Shown here: one piece after another, positions 58,292 through 64,000 of the stretch
How the letters are laid out: each line of letters starts with the position of its first letter
How positions within the stretch are numbered: the stretch's first letter is position 1
Assembly (NCBI GenBank): GCA_016930235.1
Contig: JAFGHI010000015.1
Span: 4,218 to 68,217, forward strand
From: Candidatus Omnitrophota bacterium
GTDB taxonomy: Bacteria > Omnitrophota > Omnitrophia > Omnitrophales > Aquincolibacteriaceae
Direction: 5' to 3'
DNA: 64,000 nt
The notes under the pieces: model-generated
The model's database searches: none
What the model was told of the DNA's origin: nothing
The model's input: only the letters and a program-made list of their open reading frames with translations
Translations under genes and position numbers: made by a program

Positions 58292-59692
58292 TTAAAAATC
58301 CACCTGCCCGCGAAGACCGGCAATAACGACATTGGAACTCGCAAACTCCGGATCGTTGCCCGCCGGATTCCAGATCACCTGAAGATCAGGGCCGATGATC
58401 AGGTGATCATTGAGGGCGTAATTATAATAAAGCTCAAGGTGATGTTCGGTATCAGCAAGTCTCGTCTCTTGACCGATTTTGGTTGTCGCCAGATGATAAT
58501 CCCCTCCGGGGAACACTTGTCCGAACGCAATACCGATTCGATCGTCTGTTCTGTTCCAAAGTTGCCCGTCCAATTGAATACCAAAACTCCACGCGATCTC
58601 GGCATTGGAAACCGTCTCATCCTGCCAGCCGAAGCGGCTGAATAACGTGACCGTATCCGTAATGCACTGGTCGGCGCTCACACCCCAGCCGTGATTTTCG
58701 TCCCAAACCCGGTCGGTTTCCATCAGGTTGGTATGGTTAGTGTCATTGTGCCAGAAATAAAACCGGTAATTGCCGGGCAGATCTTCTCCCCAAAAATCCG
58801 GCTTCAAATTAATCTGCGCGAAACTAAAGGCCGTATCAAAAAAGTCATTGCCGTCCAGGTCCCCGTCAATCATCCCGCTTGTCACCTCAATCCACGGGGC
58901 CCACTCGGGAGCATAAATCCCACGGAAACCCAAATGATTGCCGGGCAGCTCCGTCACCACGGAATTGCGGAACATCAGACTCAGGAACTGCGACGCCTCA
59001 TCGTGCGCAATCTCGTTCTGATCCATGATGATTGTAGAGTCAAGATAACCGCCGGTCAAAGTCAACTGATGGTCCAACAGATAATGCTCATAATAAACCT
59101 CCGTCAGGGTAATCAGATTACCCGAGTCATCCGCATCCCGGTTGATTGAAGCGAAGACATCGGCGAGATTGCGATCGACACCTGCGCCGTCCCCTGTTTC
59201 CAAATGAAGGAAGGCATATCCCCAATCGTCAAATTCTTTTTCCACCTCGAGATCAATCGAATAGCTGGCATCCGTTTCATCTTCGCCACGCTTGGCCCCG
59301 TGAATGTTATAGGCATGCTGTCCGACAAAGGTCGCGCCCGCCCCGAACTTCAAACCGCCCAGCCATTCGTAATTTTCGCGTTCTACGAGCGGGTGTTCAT
59401 AAACTTGCGCAGCCAGCTGTTTCATCTGATCATCGTCTATTTTGATATCGATTTTTCGTCCCCGGATTTCCTCGATATCCGCCTGGAGCTCCGCGAGACG
59501 GGCCTCCTGGTTCGCAATCATTTGATTCTGGTCTTCGATGACCGCCTTCTGGTCCAGCACCATTTTTTCCAGACGGTCAAAACGCTGAACGATCTGATCC
59601 AACGATTGCGCCGCAAGCTCGTTGGCCCATCCCGGCCCGGCGAAAATACTTATCCATAAAATTAGGCAAAAAAATCCGTAAAACAATTTCAT
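58292..59692 (-). CDS. OprB-like (carbohydrate-porin family) outer-membrane porin with N-terminal coiled coil
   Basis: Signal peptide, ELYYNY..IGPDLQVIWNP, C-terminal DF. Confidence 0.8.
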   Translation of the reverse strand: MKLFYGFFCLILWISIFAGPGWANELAAQSLDQIVQRFDRLEKMVLDQKAVIEDQNQMIANQEARLAELQADIEEIRGRKIDIKIDDDQMKQLAAQVYEHPLVERENYEWLGGLKFGAGATFVGQHAYNIHGAKRGEDETDASYSIDLEVEKEFDDWGYAFLHLETGDGAGVDRNLADVFASINRDADDSGNLITLTEVYYEHYLLDHQLTLTGGYLDSTIIMDQNEIAHDEASQFLSLMFRNSVVTELPGNHLGFRGIYAPEWAPWIEVTSGMIDGDLDGNDFFDTAFSFAQINLKPDFWGEDLPGNYRFYFWHNDTNHTNLMETDRVWDENHGWGVSADQCITDTVTLFSRFGWQDETVSNAEIAWSFGIQLDGQLWNRTDDRIGIAFGQVFPGGDYHLATTKIGQETRLADTEHHLELYYNYALNDHLIIGPDLQVIWNPAGNDPEFASSNVVIAGLRGQVDF

Positions 59693-59711
59693 CTCATTCC
59701 CCCCAGTTAAT

Positions 59712-59738
59712 GTGTTACTAATTATTTATTCGTGCCAC
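59712..59738. promoter_or_regulatory. Putative NikR operator upstream of the porin
   Basis: GTGTTAC-N13-GTGCCAC. Confidence 0.7.
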
Positions 59739-59755
59739 CTTCGGCGAAAAAAATA

Positions 59756-60151
59756 TTAGCGGATCGGACAGGTAATAAGCTCGCCGCTTTTGATCCCTTT
59801 TAAGCCGATCATCTTTTTCGCGAGATCATTCAATTCCTTGGCGCGGCCTTTCAAGAGGATGGTTTCCAGGCAATTATCGTGGTCGAGGTGAACGTGCTGG
59901 CCGGAGAGGATCAAATGATGGAAATCATGCTGAAGACAAACCAGTTTATTGAGTAATTCGCGTTTGTGATGATCGTAGACAATCGCCAGGCAGCCGGTCA
60001 CGAGTTTGTTCCCCTGACAATCCTCCCGGATCAAAGTCTTACGGATCAAAAAACGGATTGCCTGCGAACGGTTGGGCAATTTATGTTTCTGGACTAACCG
60101 GTCCAGTTCGCGCAATAAGTCATCTTCTAAAGAAACACCGAATCGTTTCAT
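59756..60151 (-). CDS. nikR: Nickel-responsive regulator
   Basis: RFGVSL, NRSQAIR, YDHH, HVHLDHDNCLE. Confidence 0.95.
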   Translation of the reverse strand: MKRFGVSLEDDLLRELDRLVQKHKLPNRSQAIRFLIRKTLIREDCQGNKLVTGCLAIVYDHHKRELLNKLVCLQHDFHHLILSGQHVHLDHDNCLETILLKGRAKELNDLAKKMIGLKGIKSGELITCPIR

Positions 60152-60213
60152 CTTGAAATCTTCTCCGATCCACGCATTCTAGCCCAAGTTTTCAAATGAC
60201 CACTACAAATATT

Positions 60214-61131
60214 TTAAGCTGCCACTCTCTTCAAGGAAAAACAGGTCACGACGGCAGCCACCGCCCACCCCAAAAGAAAGGTGGCAAAGACACCGATCAT
60301 CCCGGCCAGTCCTGTGGACAAAGCCTCAACCGGGATCCCTGCGACGGCATAATCAGGCATCGGACTCGCAAAGGCCGGGGCCGCTTCGTGAAGAAACTGA
60401 TATTTTTCGGCGACCCACTCCAAGCCGTCCGGAAAACCGCTCGCAAAAGGGCTCAAGAGACCGGCAATCAATCCCGAAGCCAGAAGCGGAGCCCCAATGA
60501 TCCATTCCGGCACCTTTTCATAAGTCTCTTCCGCAAACAAATAATAAGCGGAAAGTGTGATGAGCGCCTCGCCGATCCCGATCAGCGCATGGGTCCCCAA
60601 CATGGAGACGGCCACTTTTGAAAAATCAATGGTCCCGGCAACGGCAAGTTCAAGGCTGCAAGCAAAAGCGGCCGCCACAACCGAAATCCAGGCAACCGAT
60701 CCAACCGACACAATCCGTTTCAAGGAAGTAAACGGGAAAGACCGAACCCTCTTGCTTCGCAAGATCCCCCCCAAACCCGCACCGATCACCGCCATATTGA
60801 GGACGTTCGCCCCCAAAACCGAAAAACCGCCGTCTGAAAAAAGAAGGCACTGGACTGAAACCACCAGGGCCATTGCCAGGATCCCGAAAGGTGTCCCCAA
60901 AAGCGCCGAGGCCAAGACACCGCCCAATAAATGTCCCGATGTCCCGTTTTGAATCGGAAAATTCATCATCTGACCTGAGAAAATGAGCGCGGCCACCGCC
61001 CCGAAACGCGCAGCCTTCGGTCTTTCTTTGGATTTCACCGCCGCGACCGCGGCTCCAACGATTCCCACGGCGCTTACAGCCGCCGTGACAGGGCAAATCG
61101 TACCGTTTAACATTTCATTAGGAATATGCAT
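60214..61131 (-). CDS. cbiM: ECF Ni/Co transporter S component CbiM/NikM fused to a PDGLE (NikN) domain
   Basis: MHIP N-terminus, GTSGHLLG, DGG, HALIG, ASGFPDGLE. Confidence 0.88.
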   Translation of the reverse strand: MHIPNEMLNGTICPVTAAVSAVGIVGAAVAAVKSKERPKAARFGAVAALIFSGQMMNFPIQNGTSGHLLGGVLASALLGTPFGILAMALVVSVQCLLFSDGGFSVLGANVLNMAVIGAGLGGILRSKRVRSFPFTSLKRIVSVGSVAWISVVAAAFACSLELAVAGTIDFSKVAVSMLGTHALIGIGEALITLSAYYLFAEETYEKVPEWIIGAPLLASGLIAGLLSPFASGFPDGLEWVAEKYQFLHEAAPAFASPMPDYAVAGIPVEALSTGLAGMIGVFATFLLGWAVAAVVTCFSLKRVAA

Positions 61132-61203
61132 AAAAACCCTCCTTAAATTTTTGATAATGGAGTAATCGTCCAACGCAACCTTGTCATTAAGGCTACCGGA
61201 TGG

Positions 61204-61251
61204 GTGTTACTTTTTGAAAAAAGATGATACCACTCAAAAAGGGATTGTCAA
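61204..61251 (-). promoter_or_regulatory. nikMN promoter with overlapping NikR operator
   Basis: TTGACA-N16-TATCAT; plus strand GTGTTAC-N13-ATGATAC overlapping the -10. Confidence 0.7.
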
Positions 61252-61336
61252 ACGGTTTCTGGGCAAGCAATGGATTAGAAATAAAAATGGGTTTTTCCGG
61301 AGGACAGATTTGATTCGAAGACCGCGTTCCCGCTGC

Positions 61337-61861
61337 TCAACTTTTATCCTCCCCTTTTCGGAATAAGGAGAGATATTCGCCGTAGCCTTCGGACTCGAGA
61401 TTCTCGAGCGGAACAAATCGTAGGGCCGCGGAATTGATACAGTAGCGGCGTCCCGTCGGCTGAGGGCCGTCTTCAAACACGTGCCCAAGATGCGAGTCGG
61501 CCTCTTTGCTGCGGACTTCTGTCCTTTCCATCAACATCCGCTTGTCTTTCTGGGTCATCACATTCTCAGATTGAATCGGGCGCGTAAAACTCGGCCAACC
61601 GGTACCCGAATCGTATTTATCAAGGGAACTGAAAAGCGGCTCGCCGGAGACCACATCCACATAAATCCCGGGGCGTTTATGGTCCCAGAATTCATTATTG
61701 AAAGGGGCCTCGGTCCCGTCTTCCTGCGTCACATGATATTGAATGGATGTCAGCTTCTCCTTCATCTCTTTGGGGTCCATGGTCTTCGCCTCCTCGGCAT
61801 AAACACTTATGCCTAGAATGAAAAATATCAGGATACCTGCTCCCAATCCGCCTAGTCTCAT
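61337..61861 (-). CDS. msrB: Methionine-R-sulfoxide reductase with signal peptide
   Basis: [33 protein letters not shown]. Confidence 0.94.
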   Translation of the reverse strand: MRLGGLGAGILIFFILGISVYAEEAKTMDPKEMKEKLTSIQYHVTQEDGTEAPFNNEFWDHKRPGIYVDVVSGEPLFSSLDKYDSGTGWPSFTRPIQSENVMTQKDKRMLMERTEVRSKEADSHLGHVFEDGPQPTGRRYCINSAALRFVPLENLESEGYGEYLSLFRKGEDKS

Positions 61862-61950
61862 TTTAGGGCGCCTCGCAAGGTATAACGCTACCGAAGTTTA
61901 GGAAGTTCCGAAGCAAGAAGTTTGAAGCCTGCCGCTTGCCGCTGCGACTA

Positions 61951-62832
61951 TTAGGAGCTGTAAACCAACGCCGCCAATCCCTTGTCCAACAATGTCTGAT
62001 TGATGTAGGTCTTCCCCGCCCAAATATCTGCCAGATACCGATCATATTTATCGGATTTTGAAGTGGTTATCAGGATTTCTTTGCCGGGTTTGAGCTTGCC
62101 CTGAAGAAAACTTTTGGCCTTACGTCCCGCCGGTTCTGTAAGTTCGGGCGTATCGATCCCGCGAAGCCTGAGTTTCTGGTGCGTAAAATAATTCGCGTTT
62201 AAGGAAACTTTCGCCCACACCGTATCTCCGTCAATCACCCGCTCAATCTCGGCCTTATAGGTATAAGAAGACATCCGGACTTCATATTTCCTGCCTGGCG
62301 GTAAATTGTGGTAGACCTCAAATCCCAAATCAGCAATCCACCTTGTCCCCGATCGGAAGATCCCGTACTCCCCTATCTTCCCTTTCTTCGGAAGGAGACA
62401 CGCTAAAATGTTTTCCTCGTCTTTGCCCGCTTTCAACTGGCGGATTTTTGCGCGAAGAACGCGCTTACTCCAGCCCTTCGCTGCCGCCTGTTTTGTCAAA
62501 CGCTCTCTTAATGCCGGATCATTCACGGTAAGCAACGCTTCATAGTGTCCCCATTTCATTTTTCCGTCCGGACGGAAAAATGGATATGCGCGGGCGAATT
62601 CAAGGCAATAGTAGAGATATGTTTTCTTGAAATTTAAGTCACGGGCCAATCGCACCAGCAAAAAGGAACCCTTCGGCGCACGTTTTTGATACTTCAGGAT
62701 ATACCGGTCAATCGCCCGGCCCATGTCCCAATTCACCTGCAGCCTTGTCTTCTCGATACGCGATTTACCTGCGGTAGATAAACGTTTGAGCCGGCTGATA
62801 AGCTTTGGGTAGGCGGATAAGGTAGATGTCAT
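61951..62832 (-). CDS. YhcG/DUF1016 N-terminal domain fused to a thermonuclease (SNase) domain
   Basis: NWDMG..LARDL..WGHY..GWSKRVL; RVIDGDT, RLRGIDTPE, DKYDRYLA, INQTLLDKGLA. Confidence 0.82.
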   Translation of the reverse strand: MTSTLSAYPKLISRLKRLSTAGKSRIEKTRLQVNWDMGRAIDRYILKYQKRAPKGSFLLVRLARDLNFKKTYLYYCLEFARAYPFFRPDGKMKWGHYEALLTVNDPALRERLTKQAAAKGWSKRVLRAKIRQLKAGKDEENILACLLPKKGKIGEYGIFRSGTRWIADLGFEVYHNLPPGRKYEVRMSSYTYKAEIERVIDGDTVWAKVSLNANYFTHQKLRLRGIDTPELTEPAGRKAKSFLQGKLKPGKEILITTSKSDKYDRYLADIWAGKTYINQTLLDKGLAALVYSS

Positions 62833-62968
62833 AGAGATAGTTTAAAGTTTCTAGTTTCTTGTTTCAAGGGGTCTATCATGTTCCGACTAGAAACCGGCAA
62901 CGGATAACACACCGTCAGGACCTGCCCTTGCAGTTACCTTACGCTCCCGTGATTTGCTATAATGCGGC

Positions 62969-64000
62969 ATGCCGGATACGAATCGAGATATTTTCCTTCC
63001 CACAACGCACTCTGAAATGGAAGGCCGCGGCTGGGACGAACTGGACGTCATCCTGATTACCGGAGACGCTTATGTCGACCATCCTTCCTACGGAGCGGCG
63101 GTTATCGGACGCGTGCTCGAAGACGCGGGGTTCCGTACCGGGATCATCGCCCAGCCGGACTGGAAGAAGACCGCGGATTTCAAAAAACTCGGGAGGCCGA
63201 AACTCTTTTTCGGAATCACGGCCGGCAATCTTGATTCGGCGCTCAGCAATTACACGCCGGCCAGAAAAATCCGGCACAAGGATTATTATTCCCCCGGCGG
63301 ACGGTCCGGACTCCGGCCCAATCTCGCAACCGTTGTGTACGCCAATAAAGTCCGCGAAGCGTGGCCGGGCGCACCGGTCGTGATCGGCGGCATCGAGGCA
63401 AGCCTCCGGCGGCTCGCTCATTACAGCTATTGGGATGACAGTGTCCGCCGTTCGATCCTGCTGGATGCCAAGGCCGACATCCTCGTCTACGGAATGGGAG
63501 AAAGACAGACCGTTGAAATTGCAAAGCGGATCCGCGACGGCGAAGACATCAAACACTTGGACGGAATCCCGGGAACGGTTGTCGCAAGATCCGCTCACCT
63601 CCAAATTCCAAAGTCCGTCACCCTCCCGTCTTATGAAGAGGTACGCAAGGATCCGGTAAAATTCAACGAGGCCTTCAAACTTTCTTATTATGAATGTGAT
63701 GCCGTACGGGGCCGGCCCGTCGTCCAGCCGCACGCAGATCGTTCCATTATCCAGTATCCGCCGCCGCTGCCTTTAAAAACGGCCGAGATCGATCACCTTT
63801 ATGATCTTCCTTTTACACGCCGCTGGCATCCCTGTTACGACGTCGAGGGCGGCGTGCCGGGATTTGAAGTCGTACGCTTTTCGATCACCTCCCACCGCGG
63901 CTGTTCGGCCGAATGCAATTTCTGTTCGCTTTACGCGCATCAGGGCCGCATCATCCAGAGCCGCAGCCACGATTCGATCCTGCGCGAAGTCAAGCGGATC
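62969..64000 (+). CDS. ygiQ: YgiQ-family radical SAM protein (runs off the window edge)
   Basis: Manual translation FLPTT..GWDELDVILITGDAYVDHPSYG..GGIEASLRR..HRGCSAECNFC. Confidence 0.92.
   Translation, partial: MPDTNRDIFLPTTHSEMEGRGWDELDVILITGDAYVDHPSYGAAVIGRVLEDAGFRTGIIAQPDWKKTADFKKLGRPKLFFGITAGNLDSALSNYTPARKIRHKDYYSPGGRSGLRPNLATVVYANKVREAWPGAPVVIGGIEASLRRLAHYSYWDDSVRRSILLDAKADILVYGMGERQTVEIAKRIRDGEDIKHLDGIPGTVVARSAHLQIPKSVTLPSYEEVRKDPVKFNEAFKLSYYECDAVRGRPVVQPHADRSIIQYPPPLPLKTAEIDHLYDLPFTRRWHPCYDVEGGVPGFEVVRFSITSHRGCSAECNFCSLYAHQGRIIQSRSHDSILREVKRI

Noticed and set aside
62957-63733. 258-aa minus-strand ORF
   Set aside because: Antisense shadow of ygiQ, which the ORF track missed because it runs off the window

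Overview
A 64-kb bacterial chromosome segment, mostly housekeeping and mostly on the minus strand. Gene content suggests a Gram-negative PVC-group organism, probably Candidatus Omnitrophota; this is an inference, not a search result. It carries manC, algC, gltX, nadK, dxs, ispA, xseAB, ymdB, apt, a sigma-70 factor, ppdK, glyQS, comEA and comEC, a B12 uptake operon behind two tandem cobalamin riboswitches, exeAB-like genes, a GH35-like glycosidase, leuS, surE, acpS, a transglutaminase-ABC operon, higBA, an ABC-F ATPase, nikMN-nikR-porin, msrB, a partial ygiQ and five tRNAs. I saw no integrase, transposase, prophage or CRISPR array. The best leads are: (1) a bactofilin fused to a Xis/BldC-type HTH, followed by a membrane-anchored HTH protein; (2) two giant exported aromatic-heptad coiled-coil proteins next to an outer-membrane barrel, with an unannotated ~90-nt promoter-to-terminator RNA between them; (3) sigma-28-like promoters shared by envelope genes; (4) a YhcG-N/thermonuclease fusion flanked by 7-bp-periodic repeats, with a similar heptamer hairpin inserted in a cobalamin riboswitch. 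All calls come from motif recognition by eye, and several start codons were re-chosen manually.
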